A DNA stretch of 64,000 nucleotides from Thiohalorhabdus sp. (GCF_046545655.1 NZ_JBKGZG010000001.1:25705-89704), one strand, 5' to 3'. Positions 30,570 to 39,741 are shown, counted from the stretch's first letter. Numbers and translations: made by a program. Notes: generated by a model not told the origin, from the sequence alone.

Positions 30570-31205
30570 TCATTCGGAGCCGCCCTCTCCCGCGTCGCCC
30601 TGCTGGGCACTGTTCGGTCGCACCGAGACCTCCACCATGGCCGGCCGCACCAGGCGGCCGTTGAGCAGATAGCCCTTCTGCATCACGGAGACCACCTGGT
30701 TGGGCTCGCCTTCCGTCTCCACGGTGCTCATGGCCTGGTGGTAGTTGGGATCGAAGGACTCCTCCACGGGGTGGACCTCCTCGATGCCGTGCTTGGCAAG
30801 CACCTCGTTGAGCATGTCGAGGGTCATGCTGACGCCCTTGTGTAGCTTCTGCGCGCTGTCCGCGCCCTCCACTTCGACCTGGAGGGCCATCTCCAGGCTG
30901 TCCTTCACCGGGATCAGCTCTTTGAGGAAGCCCTCCAGGGCGAACTTGCGGGACTGCTCGGCGTCCTTCTCCGCCCGGCGGCGCGCGTTCTCCCCCTCGG
31001 CCCGCTCGCGCAGGACCTGGTTCCAGTAATCGGCGACGGTGGCCTCCAGCTCCTCCACCTTGGCCTCCAGCTCCTGGACCCGCCCCTTCAGGGTCTCGGG
31101 GTCGTCGGGCAGGGGCTCGCTCGGGGAGGATTCGGCCTCCTGCGGCTCCGGCTCCTGGTCCGGGAAGTGCTCTTCACCCTCGTTCTTACGGCTGGAGTCG
31201 GTCAT
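30570..31205 (-). CDS. grpE: Nucleotide exchange factor GrpE
   Basis: The acidic N-terminus, coiled coil and GrpE C-terminal domain (KGYLLNGRLVRPAMVEV) are present. I set the start at MTDSSRK (ATG 31203-31205), which follows GAGGGAG. Confidence 0.92.
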   Translation of the reverse strand: MTDSSRKNEGEEHFPDQEPEPQEAESSPSEPLPDDPETLKGRVQELEAKVEELEATVADYWNQVLRERAEGENARRRAEKDAEQSRKFALEGFLKELIPVKDSLEMALQVEVEGADSAQKLHKGVSMTLDMLNEVLAKHGIEEVHPVEESFDPNYHQAMSTVETEGEPNQVVSVMQKGYLLNGRLVRPAMVEVSVRPNSAQQGDAGEGGSE

Positions 31206-31276
31206 GGCTCCCTCGTTGGTCGTAGGCACCGCTTCGGTCAACCCCGAAGCCACCCGGTCGAGCGGCTTCTCGGATT

Positions 31277-31305
31277 AGGTGGGGGTCCGGGGCGGGAGTT
31301 TCAAC
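31277..31305 (-). promoter_or_regulatory. Putative sigma32 (heat-shock) promoter for grpE
   Basis: On the minus strand: gTTGAAAc (31305-31298), 13 nt, then CCCCCACCT (31285-31277). The E. coli sigma32 consensus is CTTGAAA-N13-15-CCCCATNT. Confidence 0.5.
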
Positions 31306-31327
31306 CGGGACGGGCGAATTTTTCACG

Positions 31328-31351
31328 AAAAAACCGATCCCGGGGGATCGG
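31328..31351 (-). terminator. Rho-independent terminator after hrcA
   Basis: CCGATCCC/GGGATCGG hairpin (31334-31351) flanked by an A6 run (31328-31333) and T4 (31352-31355). On the minus strand the hairpin is followed by U6. Confidence 0.6.
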
Positions 31352-31383
31352 TTTTGGGGAATCGGCGGGGCGGGGCCCCGGTC

Positions 31384-32439
31384 TCAGGCGGAGTCCCGCA
31401 TGCCGGGCGGGGTATTCTGGGACAGCACCGAGGAAAGCTGCCGGGCCGTGCAGTCCACGAAGGGGATGGTGGAGGCGTAGTTCATGCGGGCCGGTCCGAT
31501 GACCGCCACGGTGCCCAGGCCGTCGTCCTCGGTGGTGTAGCTGGCGGTGACCACGCTGCAGTCCTCCAGGGCCTCGTGCCCCACCTCCTCGCCGATCATG
31601 AGCTGCACCCCCGAGCCGCCCTCCGGGGGCGTCTCCAGCACGCGGGTGAGCTCCTCGGGCTCCTCCAGCACCTCGAACAGCTCCCGCAGGCGACCGTCCT
31701 GGGCGAACTCCGGGTAGTCCAGGAGATTGCCCTGGCCCTCGATGAAGAGCTCCTCGTCCTCCTCGTAGTCCAGGGCGGACCAGCCGATCTCCGCGGCCAG
31801 GGCCTCCAGGGACCCGGACGCCCCCTGGGACTCGGCGGCCAGGGTCCCCTTTACCTCCGTGAGCAGGCGGCCCTGGAAGCGCTCGTTGAGGTAGTTGGCG
31901 GCCCGCTCCAGCTCCGACTCGGAGATGGGCCGGCCCGCCTCGACGATGCGGTTCTGCACGATGCCGGTGGTGGTCACCAGGATGGCCAGGATGCGCACCT
32001 GGGACAGGGTCAGGAACTGGATCTGGCGGAAGCGCCCCTGCCCCAGCCGCGGCACCAGCACCAGTCCCACGTAGTGGGTGTGTCCGGAGATCAGGCGCCC
32101 CACGGCGTGGTAGAGCTGGTAGATGTCCGAGGCCTGCTGATAGAGGCTCTCGCGGATGCGGGCCTGCTCCTCCGAGCCCAGGGGCCGCATCTCCAGCATG
32201 ATGCCGACGAACAAGCGATAGCCCCGGCTGGTGGGCACCCGCCCCGCGCTGGTATGGGGCGAATGCACCAGCCCCATCTCCTCCAAGTCCGCCACAATGT
32301 TGCGCACTGTGGCCGCGCTGACCTCCAGACCGGACTCGCGGGCCAGCACCCGGGACCCCACCGGCGCGCCGGTTTCGATGTACAGGCGTACCAGGGTCTT
32401 CAGAACCTGTTCGGATCGGGCGTCCAGCTCGGAATGCAA
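31384..32439 (-). CDS. hrcA: Heat-inducible transcription repressor HrcA
   Basis: 351 aa, LKTLVRLYIETGAPVGSRVLARESGLEVSAATVRNIVADLEEMGLVHSPHTSAGRVPT, the typical HrcA winged-helix N-terminus. Confidence 0.95.
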   Translation of the reverse strand: MHSELDARSEQVLKTLVRLYIETGAPVGSRVLARESGLEVSAATVRNIVADLEEMGLVHSPHTSAGRVPTSRGYRLFVGIMLEMRPLGSEEQARIRESLYQQASDIYQLYHAVGRLISGHTHYVGLVLVPRLGQGRFRQIQFLTLSQVRILAILVTTTGIVQNRIVEAGRPISESELERAANYLNERFQGRLLTEVKGTLAAESQGASGSLEALAAEIGWSALDYEEDEELFIEGQGNLLDYPEFAQDGRLRELFEVLEEPEELTRVLETPPEGGSGVQLMIGEEVGHEALEDCSVVTASYTTEDDGLGTVAVIGPARMNYASTIPFVDCTARQLSSVLSQNTPPGMRDSA

Positions 32440-32482
32440 GCGCGCCTACCTCTATCTGCCTTGGGTCCCCCGTCGCCGGCGG

Positions 32483-32512
32483 AAGCTAGCAGCCGCATCG
32501 CGGGGGTGTCAA
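32483..32512 (-). promoter_or_regulatory. Putative sigma70 promoter of hrcA
   Basis: On the minus strand: TTGACA (32512-32507), an 18-nt spacer, then TAGCTT (32488-32483), about 45 nt upstream of the hrcA ATG. Confidence 0.4.
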
Positions 32513-32634
32513 TTGACGGCCCGGGGACCAGGAACCGTTTTATACCGCATTTTCCGACCGCAGGACAGGCCACGCGCCGAGGCCCGGCTTGGCGGGCGCC
32601 GGCCCCCATGCTAGGTTGATCCCACCGCGGCGGG

Positions 32635-33558
32635 ATGGTTCCCGGCCCCCTTCCCCACATACGGCGAACCCGAACGGTGCAGGCGCAAAACTTCCAAACC
32701 GTCGGCCTGATCGGCAAGTACGGAGATCCCCAGGTTAGCGAATCGGTGGCCCATCTGTTGGAGATGCTGGCCGCCGAGGGGGTGACCGTCCTGGTGGAGC
32801 GGGCCACCGCCGGCTCGCTGCCCACCGGCGCTGCCCGGGAACCGGCCAGCCTGGCGGCCATCGGCAACCGCGCCGACCTGGCCATCGTGGTGGGCGGGGA
32901 CGGCACGCTGCTGGGGGCGGCACGCCATCTCTGCGAGTTCGAGATCCCCATCGTGGGCGTGAACCTGGGCCGGCTTGGCTTCCTCACCGAGACCAGCCTG
33001 ACCAACATCGAGGACAGCCTGGAGAACCTCCTGGCCGGGGCCTACCAGGTGGAGGAGCGCATGATGCTGCACGTCCGGGTTCAGCGTCAGGCCGGGGATC
33101 TGGCCGTAGAGCGCGCCTTCAACGACGTGGTGATCCACCGCGGCAACATCGCCCGCATGGTGGAGATGCAGACCTACGTGGACGGCCTGTTCGTGTTCTC
33201 GCAGCGCTCCGACGGGCTGATCGTGGCCAGCCCCACCGGCTCCACCGCCTACGCGCTGTCCGCCGGGGGCCCCATCGTGCACCCCTCCATGCGGGCCTTC
33301 ACCCTGGTGCCCGTGTGCCCGCACACCCTCACCAACCGGCCCCTCATCCTGCCGGGCCACAGCCACATCGAGGTGGTGTTGACCAACAATCCCGGCGAGG
33401 TCCAGCTCACCCTGGACGGCCAGACCAACTTCGCCCTGCAGGACGGTGACCGCATCCACATCCAGCGTGACGAGCACACCGTCCACCTGCTCTCCGACCC
33501 GGGCCGGAGCTACTTCGACGTCCTGCGCGAGAAGTTCAGCTGGGGAGAGCGGAATTGA
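32635..33558 (+). CDS. nadK: NAD kinase
   Basis: FQTVGLIGKYGD and the GGDGT motif (IVVGGDGTLLGAAR). The start may instead be GTG 32677, by comparison with the E. coli NadK N-terminus. Confidence 0.93.
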   Translation: MVPGPLPHIRRTRTVQAQNFQTVGLIGKYGDPQVSESVAHLLEMLAAEGVTVLVERATAGSLPTGAAREPASLAAIGNRADLAIVVGGDGTLLGAARHLCEFEIPIVGVNLGRLGFLTETSLTNIEDSLENLLAGAYQVEERMMLHVRVQRQAGDLAVERAFNDVVIHRGNIARMVEMQTYVDGLFVFSQRSDGLIVASPTGSTAYALSAGGPIVHPSMRAFTLVPVCPHTLTNRPLILPGHSHIEVVLTNNPGEVQLTLDGQTNFALQDGDRIHIQRDEHTVHLLSDPGRSYFDVLREKFSWGERN

Positions 33559-33674
33559 CCTCCGCGGGCCCCCCGCCCCTTGCGCCTCCCGCCGCGGCGG
33601 GGCGGGCCGAGGGACCGGGCCCCCGCCAACAGGACTAGACGGACCGGACCCTTTCCAGCAAACGGGCGGGCTTT

Positions 33675-35360
33675 ATGCTCCAACACCTCTCCATCCGCAA
33701 CCTCGCCGTCATGGCGGCCTGCGACATCGAGCTGGGCTCCGGATTCACCGTGCTCACGGGGGAGACCGGGGCCGGCAAGTCCATCCTGGTGGACGCCTTG
33801 GGTCTCGTGCTCGGCGATCGCGCCGACCTCGACCAGGTGCGCGGCGGCACCGAGCAGGCGGAGATCACCGCCGCCTTCGAGCTTCCCCCTAACAGTCCAG
33901 CGCGGGCCTTGCTGCACGAGCAGGCGCTGGAAGGCGACGACGGCGAGTGCGTAATCCGCCGGGTGCTGGCCCGCGAGGGCCGTTCCAAAGCCTTCGTCAA
34001 CGGCCGCCCCACCCCCGTGCAGACCCTCAAGGAGCTGGGTCAATGGCTGGTGGACATCCACGGCCAGGGCGAGCACCACACCCTCCTCAACGGCGCCACT
34101 CAGCGCGACCTCCTGGACGCCTTCTCGGGCGCCACCGAGCAGGCCGGCTGGGTGGCGGAGGCCTGGGGAACCTGGCGCTCCGCGCAGGAGCGGCTGGGCG
34201 AACTGGAGCGAAGCCAGGGAGAGCGGGAAGAGCGCCGCGAGCTGCTGCGGTTCCAGGTGGCGGAGCTGGAGGAGCTGGCCCTGCAGCGCGGGGAGACGGA
34301 GCAGCTGGAGGCCGAGCGCGCCCGGCTGGGATCCGTTCATCGCCTGATGGAGGGGGCCCAGGCCCTGGTGCAGCTCCTCTACGAGGAGGAGGGCTCCGTC
34401 TCCGAGCGGCTGGGGCACGCCCAGGCGGAGCTAGAGGGGCTGGCGGAGACCGACCCCGAGCTGGCCGAGGCCCGCGACCTGGTAGGCCACTCCGCCGCCC
34501 AGGCCGAGGAGGCCGCCGAGGCGGTGCGCGGCTACCTGAACCGCCTGGAGGCCGACCCCGAGCGCCTGGAGGTCGTCCAGGAGCGGCTCGACACCGTCTA
34601 CCAGCTCTCTCGCAAGCACCACGCGGACCCCGAGGAGCTGGTGGACCTGGCCGGCCGGCTCCGCGCCGAGCTCGACGAGCTGGAGGAGCTCGGCCCTCGC
34701 CTGCAGGCGGCCCGGGAAGAGGTGGAACGCACCCGGGGGATCTATGCCGACGCCGCCGCGGAGCTCAGCCGCATGCGCAAGGCGGGGGCGGAGAAGCTCG
34801 CCGAGCGGGTCACCGAGGAGATCCAGGTGCTGGGCATGCCGGACGCGGCCCTGGAGGTGGCGGTGGATACGGCGGAGGATCCGGAGGAAGGCGGGGCCCA
34901 CGGCATGGACCGGGTGGAGCTGCGGGTGCGCACCAACCCCGGCGAGCCGCCCCGGCCCCTGGCCAAGATCGCCTCGGGCGGTGAGCTGTCCCGGCTGTCC
35001 CTGGGGATCCAGGTGGTCCTCGCCCGCCACACGGAAGTGCCCACGCTCATCTTCGACGAGGTGGACGTGGGCGTCTCCGGGGCGGTGGCGGAGAGCGTGG
35101 GCCGAAAGCTGCGGACCGTGGGGGAGCGCAGCCAGGTTCTGGCGGTGACCCACCTGGCGCAGGTGGCTGCCCAAGGCCATCACCACCTGCGCATCTTCAA
35201 GGAGACGGACGCCGAGGGCGCCTACACCCGGGTGGAGCCGCTGAGCCGCGAGGAGCGGGTGGAGGAGATCGCCCGCATCCTGGGCAGCCGCAACGTCACC
35301 GACTCCACCCGGGCCAACGCCCGGGAGATGCTGGCGGAGGCGGGAACCGCCGAATCGTAG
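33675..35360 (+). CDS. recN: DNA repair protein RecN
   Basis: 561 aa starting MLQHLSIRNLAVM, with Walker A GETGAGKS, a coiled coil and SGGELSRLSL. Confidence 0.97.
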   Translation: MLQHLSIRNLAVMAACDIELGSGFTVLTGETGAGKSILVDALGLVLGDRADLDQVRGGTEQAEITAAFELPPNSPARALLHEQALEGDDGECVIRRVLAREGRSKAFVNGRPTPVQTLKELGQWLVDIHGQGEHHTLLNGATQRDLLDAFSGATEQAGWVAEAWGTWRSAQERLGELERSQGEREERRELLRFQVAELEELALQRGETEQLEAERARLGSVHRLMEGAQALVQLLYEEEGSVSERLGHAQAELEGLAETDPELAEARDLVGHSAAQAEEAAEAVRGYLNRLEADPERLEVVQERLDTVYQLSRKHHADPEELVDLAGRLRAELDELEELGPRLQAAREEVERTRGIYADAAAELSRMRKAGAEKLAERVTEEIQVLGMPDAALEVAVDTAEDPEEGGAHGMDRVELRVRTNPGEPPRPLAKIASGGELSRLSLGIQVVLARHTEVPTLIFDEVDVGVSGAVAESVGRKLRTVGERSQVLAVTHLAQVAAQGHHHLRIFKETDAEGAYTRVEPLSREERVEEIARILGSRNVTDSTRANAREMLAEAGTAES

Positions 35361-35377
35361 CCCCCGGTCGCGGACCC

Positions 35378-35809
35378 CTACTCCTCCTGTTTCTCCCGGA
35401 GGCAGTCGGCACAGAGCCCGTAGAGCTCCATGCGGTGATCGGTGAGCCGGAAGCCGTGCTCCTTGGCCACCTGCTGCTGGAGGCGCTCGATCTGCTCGTT
35501 GTAGAACTCCTCCACCCGGCCACAGCGGACACAGACCATGTGGTCGTGGTGCTTGTTCTCGTCGAGCTCGAAGAAGGCGCGCTCGCCGTCGAAATGGTGA
35601 CGCTTCACCAGGCCGGCCTGCTCGAACTGCGTCAGGACACGGTAGACCGTGGCCAGGCCCACCTCCTCGCCGGCATCGAGCAGGCTGCGGTAGACCCCCT
35701 CGGCGGTGAGGTGGCGCTCCTCGGAATCCTCGAGCAGTTGTAATATCATCAAACGCGGCCGTGTGGCCTTGAGCCCGGCCTGCTTCAGGTCATTGGTTTC
35801 CCGGCTCAT
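35378..35809 (-). CDS. fur: Ferric uptake regulator Fur
   Basis: 143 aa, LKATRPRLMILQLL, HHDHMVCVRCGRVEEF, CADC. Confidence 0.95.
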   Translation of the reverse strand: MSRETNDLKQAGLKATRPRLMILQLLEDSEERHLTAEGVYRSLLDAGEEVGLATVYRVLTQFEQAGLVKRHHFDGERAFFELDENKHHDHMVCVRCGRVEEFYNEQIERLQQQVAKEHGFRLTDHRMELYGLCADCLREKQEE

Positions 35810-35931
35810 GCACCCGCCTCCTTATTCGGGAAGGCACCCGGAATAAAATCGGGAATCAGTTTCGTTCCGCATTGTATACCTGGGGGGTCGGTTTCGCGAA
35901 AGCCGACCCCGCCCCACGCAGGGAGCCTGTC

Positions 35932-36279
35932 ATGCCCAACACCGACCCCGCCCAGTCCCCTCGCCTGCTGCCCGCGCTCGGGCTCGCCGTTCTCCTGCTG
36001 GCCCTGGGCGGCTGCGCGCGGATGGAGGTGGAGCAGGGGAACTACCTGACCAAGACGCAGGTGGAGGGCGTGGAGCGCGGCATGAGCCAGGCCGCTGTGC
36101 GCCGCTCCCTGGGCGAGCCGCTGCTTCGGGACCCCTTCCGGCCCGACCGCTGGGACTACGCCTTCCTGCTGACTTCGGAGGCGGGGGAACGCACCTATCG
36201 GCGGCTCACGGTCTTCTTCGACGAGCAGGGGCAGGTGAAGCGTCTGGAGCGGGCCGGGGAGGACTTCCCGGAGAGATGA
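35932..36279 (+). CDS. bamE: Outer-membrane assembly lipoprotein BamE (SmpA/OmlA)
   Basis: It has the lipobox LLLALGGC and then EQGNYLTKTQVEGVERGMSQAAVRRSLGEP. Start at ATG 35932, after GGGAG. It sits next to rnfH-ratA, as in E. coli. Confidence 0.85.
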   Translation: MPNTDPAQSPRLLPALGLAVLLLALGGCARMEVEQGNYLTKTQVEGVERGMSQAAVRRSLGEPLLRDPFRPDRWDYAFLLTSEAGERTYRRLTVFFDEQGQVKRLERAGEDFPER

Positions 36280-36359
36280 ACCGGGGGCTGCGCCGCCCCC
36301 TCCCTACCGTTCGGCTCGCGACCCCCAGCAAAGCAGGAGGGACCGGCCAGGGTGCGGGG

Positions 36360-36701
36360 CTACTCGCCTTCCCCGTTCCCGGAGGAGCCGGAGTCCCCGC
36401 TGCCCGCCTCGCCCTTGCCCTCCTCCCCGCCTTCGGCGGATTTCCGCTTGCGGGTGCGCGCCTTCTTGGGATCCGCCTGCAGCGGCCGGTAGATTTCCAC
36501 CCGGTCCCCTTCCCGCAGCTGCTGGTCGCTCTTCACGGGCTTGCCGAAGACGCCGAGCTTCTTCCCCTCCAGCTCCAGGTGGGGGAACTTCTCCAGGATC
36601 CCCGACATCCGCACCGCCTCCTCGGCGGTGATGCCCTCCGGGGCCTCGAACTCCACCCATTCCTGGTGGTCGGGCTCGGCGTAGGCGACGCTGATCTGCA
36701 T
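36360..36701 (-). CDS. rnfH: RnfH-family ubiquitin-fold protein (UPF0125)
   Basis: Starts MQISVAYAEPDHQEWVEFEAPEGITAEEAV, with GDRVEIYRPL, which is typical of RnfH/YfjF. It also has an extra Gly/Ser/Glu-rich C-terminal tail. Confidence 0.85.
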   Translation of the reverse strand: MQISVAYAEPDHQEWVEFEAPEGITAEEAVRMSGILEKFPHLELEGKKLGVFGKPVKSDQQLREGDRVEIYRPLQADPKKARTRKRKSAEGGEEGKGEAGSGDSGSSGNGEGE

Positions 36702-36722
36702 TCCTGTCCTCCTTCGCCCCCT

Positions 36723-37160
36723 TCAGTAGCGGCCGTAAACCACCTCGGCGCGCTTGCGGAAATCGGCAACCAGGGTATCCACGGCCCGGTGGAAGACCGG
36801 CCCCACCATCATGGACAGCATGCGGTTGACGAACTCGAACTGGATGGACATGTGCACCCGGCTGCCCCGGTCCTCCATGGGCTCGAAGGTCCACACCCCT
36901 TCCAGGAAGCGGAACGGCCCCTCCAGCAGCCGCATCTCCACCAGCTTGGGCCGCTGGAAGGAGTTGCGGGTGGAGAAGGACTTACGCAGGCCCTTGAACT
37001 CCAGGGTGAGCTCCGCCGTCAGAGAGTCCTCCTCCCGGGTCAGGATCCGTCCGTAGCTGCACCAGGACAAAAACTGCGGATAGGACTCCACATCCATGAC
37101 CAGGTCGTACATCTGCTCGGCGGTGTAGGGAACGACCTCACTGCGCTCCAGGGACGGCAT
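36723..37160 (-). CDS. ratA: SRPBCC/START-fold protein RatA (YfjG, Coq10-like)
   Basis: 145 aa starting MPSLERSEVVPYTAEQMYDLVMDVESYPQFLSWC. It is paired with rnfH, as in E. coli. Confidence 0.85.
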   Translation of the reverse strand: MPSLERSEVVPYTAEQMYDLVMDVESYPQFLSWCSYGRILTREEDSLTAELTLEFKGLRKSFSTRNSFQRPKLVEMRLLEGPFRFLEGVWTFEPMEDRGSRVHMSIQFEFVNRMLSMMVGPVFHRAVDTLVADFRKRAEVVYGRY

Positions 37161-37221
37161 AGGCGGACTCTTCCTCCGGTTGGTTATTTGCTCGGATGGG
37201 TCCCGGCCGGGCCCGCACCCT

Positions 37222-38889
37222 TCAATCGGCCCGGGAACGTTCTTCCTGGCGCCAGGAGTGCAGGTCGATCACCACTGCCACCAACAGGGTGGCCACCAGC
37301 CAGCCTACGCCGATCCCCACCACGGCCCATGGAGAGTACCCCCCGTAGGGCTCAAGGAGCTCCTGGGCAAGGGCACGGTCCAGCAAGCCGAGGAGCGCCA
37401 CGGGGATGATGATCTTGAGGCTGTAGTCCAGCCAGGAGCGCTGGAGCCACACCCCGGCGATGGAGAGCAGCACGAACAGCCGCGCAAGGAAGGTACCGAG
37501 CCCGTCCTCCGCCTGATGCAGGCCGAACCAGGTGAAGGCCAGAGCTCCCGTCATGAGCAGACGCATGAAGGTGCCGTAGTGGCTGCTGAAGCGGAAGCTG
37601 CCCGCCCCCTCGATGTGGGAGCCGAGGCGCTCGCCGCCGAACACCCAGCCGACAATAAGGGCCTCCAGCAGCCCCACCAGCACCAGCCCGTAGCTGGTCA
37701 GGAAATGGTCGACGATGTCCAGCCAGCTGACCCCCGCGCCCGTGGTGAACACCATCCCCAGCAGGAAGCCGATCGTGCACAGGGTACCCACCACTTTGGT
37801 GCGGTCCACGTCGTATTTGTCCGACAGGGCCGAGACGAAGGCCTGGATCAGGGAGATGGAAGAGGACAGCCCCGCGATGGCCAGCGCCGTGAAGAACAGG
37901 ACACCGAACACCGTGGGCAGGAAGGGCAGCTCGCTGATCACCTCGGGGTAGGCCACGAAGGCGAGGCCGATGCCGCTGGTGACCACATCCTCTACGCCCG
38001 CCCCCTGCGCCTGGGCCATGAAGCCCAGGGTGGCGAACACCGCCACCCCCGCGAAGACGGCGAAGCCGCTGTCGGCGAAGGCGGTGATCAGGGCGTTGCG
38101 GGTGATGTTGGAGCGCTCCGGCAGGTAGGAGGCGTAGGCGATCATGATGCCGAAGCCCAGGGAGAGGGTGAAGAAGATCTGGGTGATGGCCTCCACCCAG
38201 ACCCGCCAGTCGGCCAGCTTGCTCCAGTCGGGGGACAGATACCAGGAAAGCCCCTGCCCCGCCCCGGGCAGGAACAGCGACCATACCACCAGCACGATCA
38301 TGAGCAGGAACAGCAGCGGGATGAACACCCGGATCACCGGCTCCACCCCCGCGCGCAGCCCGCGGCCCACGATGATGCCGTTGATGGCCCAGACCGCGGC
38401 CAGGGCCACCAGCACGGTAAGGTTGGGGGCGGTAAGGTCGAACGGCCCACGCAGCCCGTCCTCGGTGGCGGCCCCCAGGAACTCGCCGAAGAAGAAGGCA
38501 TCGGCGCCGCCTTCCAGGCCCGTCCATGGTTGGTAGAGGGCGAAGAAGATGAAGCTCAGGCACCAGGCGATCACCACGCAGTAGTAGATCAGGATGCCGA
38601 ACATGGTGAAGCCCACGGCCCACCAGCCCACCCACTGGAAGCGCCGGTCAATGCGGAACAGAGAGACAGGGGCCGAGGCCTTCATGTAGTGGCCGATGCC
38701 GAATTCCAGCAGGAGCAATGGGATCCCGACGATGAACAGGGCCAGGACATACGGGATCAGGAAAGCACCGCCGCCGTTCTCGTAGGTGACGTAGGAGAAC
38801 CGCCAGATGTTGCCGAGCCCCACCGCCGAGCCGATGGCCGCCATGATGAAGCCCGCGGTGGACTGCCACTGCTCCCGTTGCTCGCTCAT
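37222..38889 (-). CDS. Neurotransmitter:sodium symporter (NSS/SNF) family transporter
   Basis: Starts MSEQREQWQSTAGFIMAAIGSAVGLGNIWRFSYVTYENGGGAFLIPY and is polytopic. Start at ATG 38887-38889. The 87 upstream codons in the ORF track look non-coding. Confidence 0.9.
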   Translation of the reverse strand: MSEQREQWQSTAGFIMAAIGSAVGLGNIWRFSYVTYENGGGAFLIPYVLALFIVGIPLLLLEFGIGHYMKASAPVSLFRIDRRFQWVGWWAVGFTMFGILIYYCVVIAWCLSFIFFALYQPWTGLEGGADAFFFGEFLGAATEDGLRGPFDLTAPNLTVLVALAAVWAINGIIVGRGLRAGVEPVIRVFIPLLFLLMIVLVVWSLFLPGAGQGLSWYLSPDWSKLADWRVWVEAITQIFFTLSLGFGIMIAYASYLPERSNITRNALITAFADSGFAVFAGVAVFATLGFMAQAQGAGVEDVVTSGIGLAFVAYPEVISELPFLPTVFGVLFFTALAIAGLSSSISLIQAFVSALSDKYDVDRTKVVGTLCTIGFLLGMVFTTGAGVSWLDIVDHFLTSYGLVLVGLLEALIVGWVFGGERLGSHIEGAGSFRFSSHYGTFMRLLMTGALAFTWFGLHQAEDGLGTFLARLFVLLSIAGVWLQRSWLDYSLKIIIPVALLGLLDRALAQELLEPYGGYSPWAVVGIGVGWLVATLLVAVVIDLHSWRQEERSRAD

Positions 38890-39022
38890 GGGCTCGCTTT
38901 CCCCTTTTGCCGTGAGCGGCCCCGCCCGTGGGGCCGAAGAGGTGAGCTGGGCCGCCGGCGAGCGGCGGCGCGACAAGCGGCCCCAGCCTACCAAACTTGT
39001 CCAGGCCGTGCCCCGGGCGGAA

Positions 39023-39051
39023 TTGAGGCCCATGCCGGTTCGGGGTAGCAT
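39023..39051 (+). promoter_or_regulatory. Putative sigma70 promoter of smpB
   Basis: TTGAGG (39023-39028), a 17-nt spacer, then TAGCAT (39046-39051), about 40 nt upstream of the smpB ATG. Confidence 0.35.
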
Positions 39052-39093
39052 GGCCGGCTTTACCGCAGGCCAGTCCGCCGGGAACGGGAGCCC

Positions 39094-39558
39094 ATGGGAG
39101 CACCACCGCGCCAGATCGCCCAGAACAAGAAGGCCCGCTTCGACTTCCACATCGAGGAGGAATTCGAGGCAGGCATCGAGCTACAGGGCTGGGAGGTAAA
39201 GGCCCTGCGCGCGGGCCGGGCGAACATCAAGGAAAGCCACGTCATCATCCACCATGGCGAGGCATGGCTGGTGGGAGCCCGCATCTCCCCCCTGCCGGAG
39301 GCCTCCACCCACGTGCATCCGGACCCCACCCGGAGCCGGCGCCTGCTCCTGCACGCCCGCCAGCTGCGCACCCTGATCGGCCAGACCCAGCAGAAGGGCT
39401 ATACCATCGTCCCCCTCGACATGCACTGGACCCGGGGGCTGGCCAAGGTGCAGATCGGCCTGGCCAAGGGCAAGAAGAAGCAGGACAAGCGCGCGGACAT
39501 CAAGGAGCGCGACTGGCAGCGCCAGAAGCAGCGCATCATCAAGGAAAAGAATCGCTAG
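39094..39558 (+). CDS. smpB: SsrA-binding protein SmpB
   Basis: 154 aa, [32 protein letters not shown], with a basic C-terminal tail. Confidence 0.97.
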   Translation: MGAPPRQIAQNKKARFDFHIEEEFEAGIELQGWEVKALRAGRANIKESHVIIHHGEAWLVGARISPLPEASTHVHPDPTRSRRLLLHARQLRTLIGQTQQKGYTIVPLDMHWTRGLAKVQIGLAKGKKKQDKRADIKERDWQRQKQRIIKEKNR

Positions 39559-39741
39559 CCTTCGACCGGGAACCCCACGCACCGAAAAAGGTCTCCGCAG
39601 GCCAGGGCCGCACGTAACCGCAACGGGTGGTGATCGAACCCCTGCGGGAACTTCCCGGAAAAGCCCTAGTCATAATATGCGAATCCGGCCGAGGATGGCC
39701 CTGCGGGGACGAGTCTGATAGGCTGGATACCAGCTTGCGAA

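Noticed and set aside
33559-33674. LexA (SOS) box upstream of recN
   Set aside because: No CTGT-N8-ACAG-type palindrome is present in the 116-bp spacer. Either the box differs in this lineage or recN is not LexA-controlled. Nothing is supportable from the sequence.
35810-35931. Fur box in the fur/bamE divergent spacer (GAATAAAATCGGGAATCAGTTTC) and the hairpin GGGGTCGG-N11-CCGACCCC (35884-35910)
   Set aside because: Only the right half (AATCAGTTTC versus AATCATTATC) resembles the 19-bp Fur consensus, and the left half does not. The hairpin has no U-tract and no obvious role. Both are too weak to report as features.
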